NCBI RefSeq assembly: GCF_000981505.1
Contig: NZ_LN827929.1
Coordinates: forward strand, 553,151 to 585,150
Reading direction: 5' to 3'
DNA from: Candidatus Methylopumilus planktonicus
GTDB taxonomy: Bacteria; Pseudomonadota; Gammaproteobacteria; Burkholderiales; Methylophilaceae
Length of the DNA stretch: 32,000 nucleotides
Below the pieces are notes generated by a model. It was not told the DNA's origin. It saw only the letters and a list, made by a program, of their open reading frames with translations, and ran no database searches. This document shows, piece by piece, positions 9,530 through 19,921 of this stretch. The position numbers and the translations under genes are program-made. Positions within the stretch are counted from its first letter, which is position 1, and each line of letters starts with the position of its first letter.

Positions 9530-10045
9530 ATGTCTAAAAAAAATAGCTATACAAAAGAAGAGCTTTTGTCTTGTGGTCGAGGAGAGATGTTTGGGTCAGG
9601 AAATGCTCAACTTCCGCTGCCCCCTATGCTTATGTTTGATCGCATCGTGGCTATCACAGATGATGGTGGCGAATATGGTAATGGACAGATTATTGCTGAA
9701 CTAGATGTAAATAAAGACCTTTGGTTCTTTGGCTGCCATTTTGAGGGTGATCCTGTGATGCCTGGCTGCCTTGGACTCGATGCTATGTGGCAGTTGGTCG
9801 GTTTTTATCTAGGCTGGAAGGGTGGCTTAGGTCGGGGCCGTGCACTGGGTGGCGGTGAAATTAAGTTCACGGGCCAAGTATTACCTACAGCTAAAAAAAT
9901 TACCTATACTATTGATTTAAAAAGAGTAATTATGCGTAAACTCATTATGGGTATTGCTGATGCTAAAATGTCAGTCGATGGCCGAGAGATTTACCATGCC
10001 AAAGATTTGCGTGTCGGTTTATTTACGCGTACTGATAATTTTTGA
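9530..10045 (+). CDS. fabA: 3-hydroxydecanoyl-ACP dehydratase / trans-2-decenoyl-ACP isomerase
   Basis: 171 aa and near-colinear with E. coli FabA ([59 protein letters not shown]). Confidence 0.95.
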   Translation: MSKKNSYTKEELLSCGRGEMFGSGNAQLPLPPMLMFDRIVAITDDGGEYGNGQIIAELDVNKDLWFFGCHFEGDPVMPGCLGLDAMWQLVGFYLGWKGGLGRGRALGGGEIKFTGQVLPTAKKITYTIDLKRVIMRKLIMGIADAKMSVDGREIYHAKDLRVGLFTRTDNF

Positions 10046-10069
10046 TCGTTATTTAATGGGAGGCGACGC

Positions 10070-11302
10070 ATGACTCGTCGTGTTGTTGTTACTGGATTAG
10101 GGATTGTATCTAGCCTAGGTAATAATAAAAAAGAAGTTCAAGATAGCTTATATCATGCTCGCTCTGGCATTACATTCCAGCCAGATTATGCTGCCATGGG
10201 ATTACGCTCACATGTTGCAGGCTCCATCAAAAATCTTAATCTTGAAGAATTAATTGATCGAAAATTATTTCGCTTCATGGCAAAAGGTCATGCCTATGCT
10301 TGGCTCGCTATGCAAGAAGCGATTGCTGATTCAGCGTTGTCTGAACCTATGGTTTCAAATATACGTACCGGTTTGATTGTGGGCGCAGGAGGCGCTTCAC
10401 ATGAAAGTGTTTTAGAAGGTATAGATACCATACGAGAAAAAGGTATTCGACGTGTAGGACCTTACATGGTCACAAAAGCGATGGCGAGTGGCGTTTCAGC
10501 ATGTCTTGCAACGGGTGCCAAAATTAAAGGTGTGAACTATGCAATTACTTCAGCATGTTCAACCAGCGCTCATTGTATTGGTGCGGGTGTAGAACAAATT
10601 CAGCTAGGTAAACAAGATATTATTTTTGCAGGCGGCGCCGAAGAAGAGCATTGGACACTTTCATTCATGTTCGATAGTATGGGAGCTCTTTCAAGTAAAT
10701 ACAATGAGACTCCAGAAAAAGCCTCACGGACTTACGATGTTAATCGAGATGGTTTTGTGATTTCAGGCGGTGGCGGTATTTTGGTTCTAGAAGAGTATGA
10801 GCATGCAAAAGCACGTCATGCAAAAATTTATGCAGAAGTCGTAGGTTACGGCGCGACATCTGATGGGTATGATATGGTGGCACCAAGTGGTGAAGGTGCT
10901 GAACGATGCATGGCTCTTGCACTCCAAGGGATCGACCAAGTCGATTATATGAATACACATGGCACAAGTACCCCTGTGGGTGATGTCAAAGAACTTGAAG
11001 CGATTCGTGCTGTATTTGGGGATGATAAATATGGCCCTATGCCACATATCGCGTCAACCAAATCCTTATCTGGTCATGCATTAGGTGCAGCTGGAGTCAA
11101 TGAAGCGATCTATAGTCTTATCATGATGGAAAATAAATTTATTGCGCCATCAGTCAATATTGAAGAATTAGATCCTCTTGCTAAAGGCCTTCCTATTGTG
11201 ACAAAGCGTATTGATAATATTGAAGTGAAAACAGCTATTTCAAATAGCTTCGGTTTCGGCGGTACAAACGCTTCCCTTGTATTTTCGACAAAAAACCTTT
11301 AA
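10070..11302 (+). CDS. fabB: Beta-ketoacyl-ACP synthase I
   Basis: 410 aa KAS I/II fold with active-site Cys in [10 protein letters not shown], the His motifs [11 protein letters not shown] and [12 protein letters not shown], and a C-terminal [10 protein letters not shown]. Pairing directly after fabA favours FabB over FabF. Confidence 0.88.
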   Translation: MTRRVVVTGLGIVSSLGNNKKEVQDSLYHARSGITFQPDYAAMGLRSHVAGSIKNLNLEELIDRKLFRFMAKGHAYAWLAMQEAIADSALSEPMVSNIRTGLIVGAGGASHESVLEGIDTIREKGIRRVGPYMVTKAMASGVSACLATGAKIKGVNYAITSACSTSAHCIGAGVEQIQLGKQDIIFAGGAEEEHWTLSFMFDSMGALSSKYNETPEKASRTYDVNRDGFVISGGGGILVLEEYEHAKARHAKIYAEVVGYGATSDGYDMVAPSGEGAERCMALALQGIDQVDYMNTHGTSTPVGDVKELEAIRAVFGDDKYGPMPHIASTKSLSGHALGAAGVNEAIYSLIMMENKFIAPSVNIEELDPLAKGLPIVTKRIDNIEVKTAISNSFGFGGTNASLVFSTKNL

Positions 11303-11667
11303 AGCATAAGCGCCAGCAATACTTTACGTTCTTCGTTTGCCAAAATATTGTAGGTTCTGCATGCCGATTGATTGCTCATAGATTCAATAGCTATATTTTT
11401 CTTTGAAAAATATTCCAAGAGTCTTGGCTCAAGATGTTGTTGCGTGTTGCCAGTACCCAATAAAATAATTTCAATATCTAAAGATTCGATAGCTTCAAAA
11501 CTATTCTCTTTGATATCATTGATGGTTTTGACTGACCATTCAGGAAAAAGTCGATCAGAGGTCATAATTAAACTTGATTCATGGCGCGTTTGATTGACTT
11601 CCACCCAGTTTAAATCGTACCCCGTAATGAGATTTTTATTATCAGATTGAATTAAATGAAATTTCAT
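11299..11667 (-). CDS. Mth938-domain protein (DUF498 / NDUFAF3-like), function unknown
   Basis: 122 aa matching the pattern typical of bacterial DUF498 proteins: [20 protein letters not shown], then [21 protein letters not shown] at the C-terminus. Confidence 0.7.
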   Translation of the reverse strand: MKFHLIQSDNKNLITGYDLNWVEVNQTRHESSLIMTSDRLFPEWSVKTINDIKENSFEAIESLDIEIILLGTGNTQQHLEPRLLEYFSKKNIAIESMSNQSACRTYNILANEERKVLLALML

Positions 11668-11773
11668 AACATCGTGTTTTTAAAGAAATAAATTAAACCA
11701 AAACCCTCTCATTTGTTGGCGGAATGCGCGTTCACAAGGTAAGATATCATATATTCAAATATAGGTAATTAAA
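11668..11773. promoter_or_regulatory. Divergent intergenic region (DUF498 gene / alaA) containing the imperfect palindrome GAATGCGCGTTC
   Basis: A 106-nt spacer between divergent genes. The GC-rich imperfect palindrome stands out in AT-rich sequence. No promoter boxes were assigned. Confidence 0.3.
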
Positions 11774-13000
11774 TTGGCTCAGCTTAAAAAATCATCGAAA
11801 TTAAATAACGTCTGTTATGACATTCGCGGACCTGTTCTAGCGCACGCTAAAAAAATGGAAGAAGAAGGGCAGCGCATTATCAAGCTTAACATTGGTAATC
11901 CAGCCGCCTTTGGATTTGAAGCGCCTGAAGAGATTGTGCAAGATGTGATTCGAAATATGGGTAAAGCATCCGGCTATACAGATAGCAAGGGGCTTTTTGA
12001 GCCAAGAAAATCTATCATGCATTACACACAGGAAAAAAATATTCCAAATGTGGATATTGATGATGTGATTATTGGTAATGGTGTTTCAGAGCTTATCGTG
12101 ATGTCGATGCAGGCATTGTTAGATAACGATGATGAAGTATTGATTCCCATGCCAGATTACCCGCTATGGAATGCAGCTGTTACATTGGCGGGCGGAAAAC
12201 CTAGACATTATTTATGTGATGAAGCTTCAAACTGGTACCCAGATCTTAAAGATATCGAAAGTAAAATCACAAGTAAAACAAAAGCGATTTTAGTAATTAA
12301 TCCGAACAATCCAACAGGCGCACTTTACCCAAAAGAAATTTTAGAGGGCGTTATTCAAATTGCAAGGAAACATAAACTTGTTGTTTTTGCAGATGAGATT
12401 TACGACAAGGTGATTTACGACAAGAAGAAACATATTTCAATTGGATCTCTTGCCGATGATATTCTTTTTGTAACATTAAATGGCTTATCAAAAAACTATC
12501 GTGCGTGTGGTTATCGTGCAGGGTGGTTAGTCGTGTCAGGAAATAAGAAAGAATCTGCGGATTATATTGAAGGTCTTAACATGTTAGCTTCCATGCGTTT
12601 ATGTGCAAACGTTCCTGGACAGCTTGCAATTCAAACTGCTTTGGGCGGATACCAAAGTATTGATGATCTTGTCGCCCCCTCAGGACGACTCTTCAAGCAA
12701 AGAGAACTTGCTTACGATATGCTTGTTTCGATACCTGGTGTTACATGCGTTAAGCCAGAGGCTGCGATGTATCTTTTTCCTAAATTAGATCCAAAAATAT
12801 ATCCAATTAAAGATGACCAAGAATTTATTTTAAAATTATTGATCGATAAAAAAGTCTTGTTAGTTCAGGGTACAGGATTTAATTGGAAAGATCCTGACCA
12901 TATAAGAATTGTATTCTTACCCAATGAAGAAGATCTTAAAGAGTCAATCAATCGCATTGCAGATTACCTTGAAAACTTTAAAAAAAATACTGCGCACTAG
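11774..13000 (+). CDS. alaA: Alanine (glutamate-pyruvate) aminotransferase, class I PLP enzyme
   Basis: 408 aa and colinear with E. coli AlaA/YfbQ from the first residues (KSSKLNNVCYDIRGPVL; NIGNPA.FGF; INPNNPTGA; LSKNYRACGYRAGW; ASMRLCANVPGQ.AIQTALGGYQSI). It uses a TTG start with AGGT about 9 nt upstream. Confidence 0.88.
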   Translation: MAQLKKSSKLNNVCYDIRGPVLAHAKKMEEEGQRIIKLNIGNPAAFGFEAPEEIVQDVIRNMGKASGYTDSKGLFEPRKSIMHYTQEKNIPNVDIDDVIIGNGVSELIVMSMQALLDNDDEVLIPMPDYPLWNAAVTLAGGKPRHYLCDEASNWYPDLKDIESKITSKTKAILVINPNNPTGALYPKEILEGVIQIARKHKLVVFADEIYDKVIYDKKKHISIGSLADDILFVTLNGLSKNYRACGYRAGWLVVSGNKKESADYIEGLNMLASMRLCANVPGQLAIQTALGGYQSIDDLVAPSGRLFKQRELAYDMLVSIPGVTCVKPEAAMYLFPKLDPKIYPIKDDQEFILKLLIDKKVLLVQGTGFNWKDPDHIRIVFLPNEEDLKESINRIADYLENFKKNTAH

Positions 13001-13013
13001 AAAGCTATAGCCG

Positions 13014-14309
13014 ATGAAAAGAATGAATATAGGTTTATTAGGAATTGGTACAGTAGGTGGCGGTGTATTTGAGCTTTTAAAATCAAACATTACGGAAATA
13101 CAGCGTAAGACAGCAACTGATATGAAAATTATTGCTGTGGCAGACAAGGATATTGCGCGCGCAAAAGAAATCGTAGGAAGCTCTATCGAAGTGACCAACG
13201 ACCCATTTAAGTTAGTGGCGGATAAAGAGATTGACGTCATTGTTGAACTTATTGGCGGAACAACCATTGCAAAAGATTTAATTATTAAAGCCATTGAAAA
13301 TAAAAAACATGTCGTAACAGCAAATAAAGCATTGCTCGCAAATTTTGGCAATGAGCTATTCGAATTAGCCAAAAAGAATAATGTCACCTTAGCATTTGAA
13401 GCTTCAGTGGCGGGGGGCATACCTATTTTAAAATCAATTAGAGAAGGTTTGGCTGGAAATAAAATCGAGTGGGTCGCGGGTATTATTAATGGCACTACTA
13501 ATTTTATTTTGACCGAGATGCGTGAAAAGGGTATTACATTTGCAGAGGCTTTATCTGAAGCACAGTCTTTAGGTTTCGCTGAATCAGATCCTACCTTTGA
13601 TATTGAAGGTATTGATGCTGCTCATAAATTAACAATTCTTGCTGGATTGTCTTTTGGTATTCCCATGAGCTTTAAAGATGTTTATGTGGAAGGTATAACG
13701 ACGCTTGAGCAAAAAGATATTCAATACGCTGACGAATTGGGTTATCGCATTAAATTATTAGGCATCGCTAAGAAAAGAGATAAAGGTATTGAATTAAGAG
13801 TGCACCCAACTTTAATTCCAGAAAAACGTTTAATTGCTAATGTAAATGGCGTAATGAATGCCGTTGTTGTTAAAGGTAATATGATAGGGCCAACACTTTA
13901 TTATGGGGCTGGTGCTGGAGCTCTTCCAACAGCAAGCTCAGTGGTTGCTGACCTTATTGATATTTCTAGATCATCTCATGTGCCACCTCATGGCTTTGAA
14001 GATAATAAGATTGATAAGATTCCCATCTATAAAATTGATGATGCGATCAGCGGTTACTATTTAAGAATTAGAGTTTCAGATAAGCCAGGTGTTTTAGCTG
14101 AAATTACAAAATTATTTGGTGATAAGAAAATTTCAATTGATGCAATGCTTCAAAAAGAACCGAAAGAATATGAATCTGAAGCTGACATTGTTATATTAAG
14201 TCATTTAGCTGTTGAGAAAGATATCAATGTTGTGATTCATTCTATTGAATCCTTGCCAGCCACCATTGGGAATGTTATTAAAATTAGATTAGAAGAGCTT
14301 AGTAAATAA
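13014..14309 (+). CDS. hom: Homoserine dehydrogenase with C-terminal ACT domain
   Basis: 431 aa with an N-terminal Rossmann motif IGLLGIGTVGGG, the catalytic region VTANKALLA and FEASVAGGIPI, and an ACT-like tail (YYLRIRVSDKPGVLAEIT). The alaA-hom-thrC order is conserved. Confidence 0.93.
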   Translation: MKRMNIGLLGIGTVGGGVFELLKSNITEIQRKTATDMKIIAVADKDIARAKEIVGSSIEVTNDPFKLVADKEIDVIVELIGGTTIAKDLIIKAIENKKHVVTANKALLANFGNELFELAKKNNVTLAFEASVAGGIPILKSIREGLAGNKIEWVAGIINGTTNFILTEMREKGITFAEALSEAQSLGFAESDPTFDIEGIDAAHKLTILAGLSFGIPMSFKDVYVEGITTLEQKDIQYADELGYRIKLLGIAKKRDKGIELRVHPTLIPEKRLIANVNGVMNAVVVKGNMIGPTLYYGAGAGALPTASSVVADLIDISRSSHVPPHGFEDNKIDKIPIYKIDDAISGYYLRIRVSDKPGVLAEITKLFGDKKISIDAMLQKEPKEYESEADIVILSHLAVEKDINVVIHSIESLPATIGNVIKIRLEELSK

Positions 14310-14317
14310 AGGTTTTT

Positions 14318-15742
14318 ATGAAATACATTTCAACGCGTGGACAATCGAAACCACTTTCTTTTTCAGAAATTTTGTTAGGAGGTCTTGCCCCTGATGGCGG
14401 CTTGTACCTTCCCGAGATTTACCCAAAATTTTCAGCCCAAGATTTAAACAGCATGCAAAGCATGAGCTATCCTGGGCTTGCTTTTCACATTATTTCTAGA
14501 TTTATAGATGACATTCCGAAGGATGATTTAAAGGCGATTATCAATAAAACATATACAAAAGAAGTATATGCATTTTCAAGGCCACAGCAAAAAGCGGAAG
14601 ACATTACGCCTATTTTAAAAGTTAAAGACAACTTATATATTCTTTCGCTTTCAAACGGACCCACACTGGCATTTAAAGATATTGCAATGCAGTTACTCGG
14701 TAATCTTTTTGAGTATGTGCTCAAAAAAGAAAATGCTGAAATTAATATTCTCGGGGCAACATCAGGGGATACAGGTTCAGCTGCAGAGTATGCAATGCGA
14801 GGCAAAAAAGGTATCAACGTCTTTATGTTGTCACCCTACCAAAAAATGAGCCGTTTTCAAGCAGCCCAAATGTTTAGTATTCAAGACCATAATATTTTTA
14901 ATTTAAGTATCAAGGGTGTTTTTGATGATTGCCAAGATATTGTAAAAGCCGTTTCTAATGACTTAAATTTTAAAAGAGATTTTAAAATTGGCGCGGTGAA
15001 TTCAATTAATTGGGGAAGAATTTTAGCGCAGATCGTTTATTACTTTAAAGGTTATCTCGCTGTTGCAAAGAATAATGAAGAAGTCAGTTTTACAGTGCCT
15101 ACAGGCAATTTTGGTAACATCTGTGCAGGCCATATTGCCCGCATGATGGGGCTTCCTATTAAGAGACTTGTGGTAGCTACAAACGAAAATAATGTTTTAG
15201 ATGAATTCTTTAAGACAGGTATGTATAAGCCGCGAGACTCACAGAATACCTTCCATACATCAAGCCCCTCAATGGACATATCCAAAGCATCGAATTTTGA
15301 ACGTTTTATTTTTGATTTAATTGGACGAGATAGTAAAAAGTTAAATGCATTATGGAAGTCAATCGATCAAGGTGGTAATTTTGATTTAAATCAAGAAGGC
15401 GTCTTTGAAAAAATCCAAGCTTTTGGTTTTACATCATCTTCAAGTACACATAAAGAACGTATTCACTATATTAAAGAAATCTTTAATCAATATAAAATTA
15501 TTATCGATACACATACGGCAGATGGATTTAAAGCGGCCTATGAGCATACAGACGAGAATGTCCCAATGATTGTTCTTGAGACAGCTTTGCCCACTAAATT
15601 TGAAGATTCTGTTGTAGAAGCGATAGGTCAAAAACCTGAAAGACCAGAATCATTAAAGCATTTAGAGGATCTTCCGCAAAAGTTTGAGATTTTTGATAAT
15701 CAAGTGGATCAGGTTAAAACATTCATTAGGCAAAACGTTTAA
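14318..15742 (+). CDS. thrC: Threonine synthase (long form)
   Basis: 474 aa starting MKYISTRG, with the PLP-lysine region [11 protein letters not shown] and [10 protein letters not shown]. Confidence 0.93.
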   Translation: MKYISTRGQSKPLSFSEILLGGLAPDGGLYLPEIYPKFSAQDLNSMQSMSYPGLAFHIISRFIDDIPKDDLKAIINKTYTKEVYAFSRPQQKAEDITPILKVKDNLYILSLSNGPTLAFKDIAMQLLGNLFEYVLKKENAEINILGATSGDTGSAAEYAMRGKKGINVFMLSPYQKMSRFQAAQMFSIQDHNIFNLSIKGVFDDCQDIVKAVSNDLNFKRDFKIGAVNSINWGRILAQIVYYFKGYLAVAKNNEEVSFTVPTGNFGNICAGHIARMMGLPIKRLVVATNENNVLDEFFKTGMYKPRDSQNTFHTSSPSMDISKASNFERFIFDLIGRDSKKLNALWKSIDQGGNFDLNQEGVFEKIQAFGFTSSSSTHKERIHYIKEIFNQYKIIIDTHTADGFKAAYEHTDENVPMIVLETALPTKFEDSVVEAIGQKPERPESLKHLEDLPQKFEIFDNQVDQVKTFIRQNV

Positions 15743-15746
15743 GACC

Positions 15747-16541
15747 ATGAAGCAATATTTAGATTTACTGAATCACGTTAAAAATCATGGTGACGTCAAA
15801 CATGACCGAACAGGCACAGGGACTATGTCTGTCTTTGGCTATCAAATGCGTTATGACTTATCAAAAGGCTTTCCTCTACTCACTACTAAAAAAGTCCACT
15901 TAAAGTCAATTATTCATGAGCTTTTATGGTTTTTAAGTGGTAGCACAAATATTAAGTACTTAAAAGATCATGGTGTGAGCATATGGGATGAATGGGCTGA
16001 TGAAAACGGTAATTTAGGCCCTGTCTATGGCTTCCAATGGAGAAGCTGGCCCTCAACTGATGGAAAGCATATTGATCAAATTACAGATCTCATTGAATCG
16101 ATTAAAAAGAATCCTGACTCAAGGAGACTCATTGTGTCTGCTTGGAACGTTTCGGAAATTTCTAAAATGAAATTACCCCCTTGCCATGCATTTTTTCAGT
16201 TTTATGTTTCGAATGGCAAGTTATCTTGTCAGCTTTATCAGAGAAGCGCAGATATATTTCTGGGCGTCCCTTTTAATATAGCTTCTTACGCGCTCCTTAC
16301 GATGATGGTAGCGCAAGTATGCTCATTAGAGCTTGGTGATTTTATCCACACATTAGGTGATGCACATATTTACTCTAATCATATGGAGCAAGTGAATGAA
16401 CAACTATCAAGAACACCTAAAACTTTACCTCGCATGAAAATTAATCCCGAAGTTAAAAGTATTTTTGATTTTAAATTCGAAGATTTTGTTTTAGAAGATT
16501 ATGAACCTGATCCCGCGATTAAAGCGCCTGTAGCAGTCTAG
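15747..16541 (+). CDS. thyA: Thymidylate synthase (ThyA type)
   Basis: The start is set at the ATG at 15747 (MKQYLDLL..), giving 264 aa as in E. coli ThyA. Motifs include DRTGTGT, the active site [12 protein letters not shown], and [20 protein letters not shown]. The ORF-track start at 15684 would overlap thrC by 59 nt. Confidence 0.95.
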   Translation: MKQYLDLLNHVKNHGDVKHDRTGTGTMSVFGYQMRYDLSKGFPLLTTKKVHLKSIIHELLWFLSGSTNIKYLKDHGVSIWDEWADENGNLGPVYGFQWRSWPSTDGKHIDQITDLIESIKKNPDSRRLIVSAWNVSEISKMKLPPCHAFFQFYVSNGKLSCQLYQRSADIFLGVPFNIASYALLTMMVAQVCSLELGDFIHTLGDAHIYSNHMEQVNEQLSRTPKTLPRMKINPEVKSIFDFKFEDFVLEDYEPDPAIKAPVAV

Positions 16542-17029
16542 TGTCTAAGTTGTCTATTATTGTCGCTATGAGTTCAAACTATGTCATTGGTGTCAATAAC
16601 ACCTTGCCATGGCATTTAACTGAAGATCTAAAGTATTTTAAATCTTTAACAACAGGCCATACCATTATTATGGGTCGAAAGACATATGAGTCTATTGGCC
16701 GTCCTCTTCCTCACAGACGAAATATCGTAATTAGTCGAAATACTGAAACTACTTATGAGGGTGTTGAGGTTGTTCACAGTATCGAGGATGCTTTTTCTAT
16801 TTCAAAGAATGATAACGAAGTATTTGTTATTGGCGGTTCTAATATATACAAACAAGCGCTAGACTTAGTCGATCATCTGTATGTTACTGAGATTAAGAAA
16901 AGCTTTACAGGAGATACTTTTTTTCCTGAGATTGATAAGGAAAAATGGACTGAATTTTCAAGAGAAGATCATGTGACAGCAGATGGCCTTGAGTTTTCTT
17001 TTGTAGGTTACCAAAAAAATACTAAATAG
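16541..17029 (+). CDS. folA: Dihydrofolate reductase
   Basis: 162 aa (IIVAMSSNYVIGVNNTLPWHL..DLKYFK..IIMGRKTYESIG..VIGGSNIY). The GTG start shares its G with the thyA TAG stop (TAGTG). Confidence 0.92.
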   Translation: MSKLSIIVAMSSNYVIGVNNTLPWHLTEDLKYFKSLTTGHTIIMGRKTYESIGRPLPHRRNIVISRNTETTYEGVEVVHSIEDAFSISKNDNEVFVIGGSNIYKQALDLVDHLYVTEIKKSFTGDTFFPEIDKEKWTEFSREDHVTADGLEFSFVGYQKNTK

Positions 17030-19262
17030 AAACACAGTCTACAAAGTAGTGCGCTTTGCCATCAATCTTTTGTTTCACTAATCCATGATTGTCTGTTTCG
17101 AATCCAGGAAATTTTTCATTAAAATCTCTCGCAAACTTTAAATAATTTACAATAATATTATTAAAACGCTCGCCAGGAATTAAAAGTGGTATGCCAGGCG
17201 GATAAGGAGTGAGTAGCACTGCTGTAATTCTGCCCTCTAGATCATCAATCGCAACACGTTCAATTTCTTTATGGGCCATTTTTGCAAAAGCATCTGCAGG
17301 CTTCATTGCGGGCACCATATCCGAGAGATACATTTCTGTTGTAAGTCTTGCAATATTATGTTTTTTGTAAATTTCATGAATTTGTGTACATAAATCTCTA
17401 AGACCGATGCGCTCATAACTTGGTTGTTTCTGAATAAACTCAGGCAACACTTTCCATAAAGGTTGATTCTTGTCGTAATCGTCTTTGAATTGCTGAAGAG
17501 CAGCAACAAGTGTATTCCAGCGACCCTTAGTGATACCAATCGTAAACATAATAAAAAATGAGTAGAGCCCAGTTTTTTCAACAATAACTCCATGCTCTGC
17601 CAAATACTTTGTAACAATAGATGCGGGTATCCCAAACTCTAAAGAAAACTCTCCATCAACATTAAGTCCTGGAGTAATAATAGTTGCTTTAATAGGATCA
17701 AGCATATTGAAGCCATCAGCAAGATCACCAAAACCATGCCAATGATCATTAGCATTTAACATCCAAGCATCTCTATCTTCGAGACCTTCATCTGATAAAT
17801 CGTTAGGGCCCCAAACTTTAAACCACCAGTCAGATCCCCATTCAATATCTACTTTTCGCATAGCGCGTCTAAAGTCTAGCGCTTCCATTAGTGACTCTTC
17901 AACAAGAGCCTTGCCCCCAGGTTCTTCCATCATTGCCGCTGCAACATCGCAACTTGCAATAATTGAATATTGTGGACTGGTAGAGCTGTGCATAAGAAAT
18001 GATTCATTAAAGACTTCACGATCGAGTTTATTTTTTTCTGCATCTTGGACGAGAATTTGAGATGCCTGACTTAACCCTGCTAAAAGTTTGTGTGTCGATT
18101 GTGTTGAGAAGATTAAGCTATCTTTGCAGCGCGGACGATCAGCACCAATTGCATGATAATCACCATAAAAATCGTGAAATGTCGCATGAGGCAACCAAGC
18201 TTCATCGAAATGAAGTGTGTCAATTTTTCCATCTAACATTTCTTTAATCTCTTCAACGTTATAAAGAATGCCATCATAAGTTGATTGTGTAATAGTCAGT
18301 ACACGAGGCTTATCTTTTTTGTTAGTGATGAATGGATTTTTTTGAATTTTATCTTGAATATTTTTCCATTCAAATTCTTTTTTAGGAATAGGGCCAATAA
18401 TACCGAAGTGATTTCGAGTTGGCATTAAGAAGATTGGAATAGCGCCTGTCATAATAATAGAATGCAGTACTGACTTATGACAATTACGATCAACGATTAC
18501 AATATCACCAGGAGCAACTGTTGAATGCCAAACCATCTTGTTCGATGTCGATGTACCGTTTGTAACAAAGTATAGATGATCAGAATTGTAGATTCGCGCT
18601 GCATTTCTCTCGGAAGCACCTACAGGGCCTGTATGGTCGAGTAACTGTCCTAACTCGTCAACTGCATTGCATACGTCAGCTCGCAGCATATTTTCACCGA
18701 AGAATTGGTGAAACATTTGACCAACAGGTGATTTTAGAAAAGCTACACCACCTGAGTGGCCAGGGCAATGCCATGAATAAGATCCGTCACCTGCATAATG
18801 AGTGAGTGCTTTAAAAAATGGTGGGGCTAGGCTATCTAGATATGTTCTTGCTTCTCGGACAATATAGCGCGCAACGAATTCTGGCGTATCCTCGTGCATA
18901 TGAATAAAGCCATTTAACTCTCTTAAAATTTCATTTGGGATGTGACGGCTTGTTCTAGTTTCACCGTGTAGAAATATTGGAATTTCTTCGTTGCGATATC
19001 TTATTTCATCTACGAAATTTTTTAATTGCTGAAGCGCGGTTTGATTTTCTTCGACAAATTCTTCATCATCAATCGATAGAATAAACGCAGAAGCTCGACT
19101 TTGTTGTTGAGCAAATGATGTTAAGTCACCGTAGCTTGTAACACCTAGTACCTCAAAATTTTCTTTCTCGATCGCTTTTGCTAAAACTCTAATACCAAGT
19201 CCAGAAGAATTTTCGGATTTAAAGTCTTCATCAATGATGACTACGGGAAAGTTAAATTTCAT
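17022..19262 (-). CDS. Wing-domain PLP-dependent Orn/Lys/Arg decarboxylase (LdcA/SpeC/AdiA family); substrate not assignable from sequence alone
   Basis: 746 aa with an N-terminal CheY-like wing domain, a fold-type-I core (SWHCPGHSGG, NGTSTSNK, DRNCHKS) and the PLP-lysine motif STHKLLAGLSQAS. It strongly resembles the Pseudomonas LdcA-type enzymes as I recall them. Confidence 0.85.
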   Translation of the reverse strand: MKFNFPVVIIDEDFKSENSSGLGIRVLAKAIEKENFEVLGVTSYGDLTSFAQQQSRASAFILSIDDEEFVEENQTALQQLKNFVDEIRYRNEEIPIFLHGETRTSRHIPNEILRELNGFIHMHEDTPEFVARYIVREARTYLDSLAPPFFKALTHYAGDGSYSWHCPGHSGGVAFLKSPVGQMFHQFFGENMLRADVCNAVDELGQLLDHTGPVGASERNAARIYNSDHLYFVTNGTSTSNKMVWHSTVAPGDIVIVDRNCHKSVLHSIIMTGAIPIFLMPTRNHFGIIGPIPKKEFEWKNIQDKIQKNPFITNKKDKPRVLTITQSTYDGILYNVEEIKEMLDGKIDTLHFDEAWLPHATFHDFYGDYHAIGADRPRCKDSLIFSTQSTHKLLAGLSQASQILVQDAEKNKLDREVFNESFLMHSSTSPQYSIIASCDVAAAMMEEPGGKALVEESLMEALDFRRAMRKVDIEWGSDWWFKVWGPNDLSDEGLEDRDAWMLNANDHWHGFGDLADGFNMLDPIKATIITPGLNVDGEFSLEFGIPASIVTKYLAEHGVIVEKTGLYSFFIMFTIGITKGRWNTLVAALQQFKDDYDKNQPLWKVLPEFIQKQPSYERIGLRDLCTQIHEIYKKHNIARLTTEMYLSDMVPAMKPADAFAKMAHKEIERVAIDDLEGRITAVLLTPYPPGIPLLIPGERFNNIIVNYLKFARDFNEKFPGFETDNHGLVKQKIDGKAHYFVDCVSI

Positions 19263-19271
19263 GTTAACCCT

Positions 19272-19838
19272 TTATATTTTAGGTAATGTTACTCCTACTT
19301 GGCCTTGGTATTTTCCACCACGATCTTTGTAGGATGTTTCACATACTTCATCGGACTCAAAGAATAACACCTGAGCGCAACCTTCGCCTGCATAAATTTT
19401 TGCTGGAAGGGGAGTTGTATTACTAAATTCTAAAGTTACATAACCTTCCCATTCTGGCTCGAAGGGGGTGACGTTCACAATAATCCCGCATCGGGCATAT
19501 GTTGATTTACCTAAACATATAGTGAGCACACTTCTTGGAATTCTGAAATACTCAACAGTTCTTGCAAGTGCGAAAGAGTTAGGCGGAATGATGCAATAAT
19601 CACCGTTAAATTCAACAAATGAATTAGGATCGAAATTTTTTGGGTCTACTATAGTGCTATTAATGTTGGTAAATACTTTAAATTCATTAGCGCAACGAAT
19701 GTCATATCCATAACTGGATGCGCCATATGACACAATTTTGTGATTATCTTTCTCGCGAATTAGCTTAGGCTCAAATGGCTCAATCATGCCGTGTTCTTCA
19801 GCCATCTTTCTTATCCATTTATCTGATTTTATCGTCAT
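19272..19838 (-). CDS. dcd: dCTP deaminase
   Basis: 188 aa ([79 protein letters not shown]), the short proteobacterial Dcd type. Confidence 0.93.
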   Translation of the reverse strand: MTIKSDKWIRKMAEEHGMIEPFEPKLIREKDNHKIVSYGASSYGYDIRCANEFKVFTNINSTIVDPKNFDPNSFVEFNGDYCIIPPNSFALARTVEYFRIPRSVLTICLGKSTYARCGIIVNVTPFEPEWEGYVTLEFSNTTPLPAKIYAGEGCAQVLFFESDEVCETSYKDRGGKYQGQVGVTLPKI

Positions 19839-19849
19839 AATTTTCTTGT

Positions 19850-19897
19850 CTTAAAAAAGAAAAATCCCGTTTGCACAATCTTGACGCTACGGGATTT
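19850..19897 (-). terminator. Putative intrinsic terminator or attenuator downstream of zwf
   Basis: Inverted repeat AAATCCCGT (19862-19870) / ACGGGATTT (19889-19897) with an 18-nt loop. On the minus strand it is followed directly by TTCTTTTTT. The large loop lowers confidence. Confidence 0.4.
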
Positions 19898-19921
19898 CTA
19901 ATGATTTAAATTTTCATTACT

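Noticed and set aside
12944-13495. A 183-aa minus-strand ORF overlapping the alaA end and the hom start.
   Set aside because: It is antisense to the clearly genuine hom gene, and its hydrophobic low-complexity translation shows no motifs. It is a shadow ORF.
15684-15746. An upstream extension of the thyA ORF ([21 protein letters not shown]) that overlaps thrC by 59 nt.
   Set aside because: The conserved ThyA N-terminus begins at MKQYLDLL (ATG at 15747), giving the canonical 264 aa. The extension is out-of-frame read-through of the thrC 3' end.
17303-17635. Other internal or antisense ORFs in the track, for example 17303-17635, 14485-14817, 10740-11047, 6909-7157, 20937-21143 and 24592-24831.
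   Set aside because: All are nested within, or antisense to, genes with strong full-length family matches. They have no independent coding evidence.
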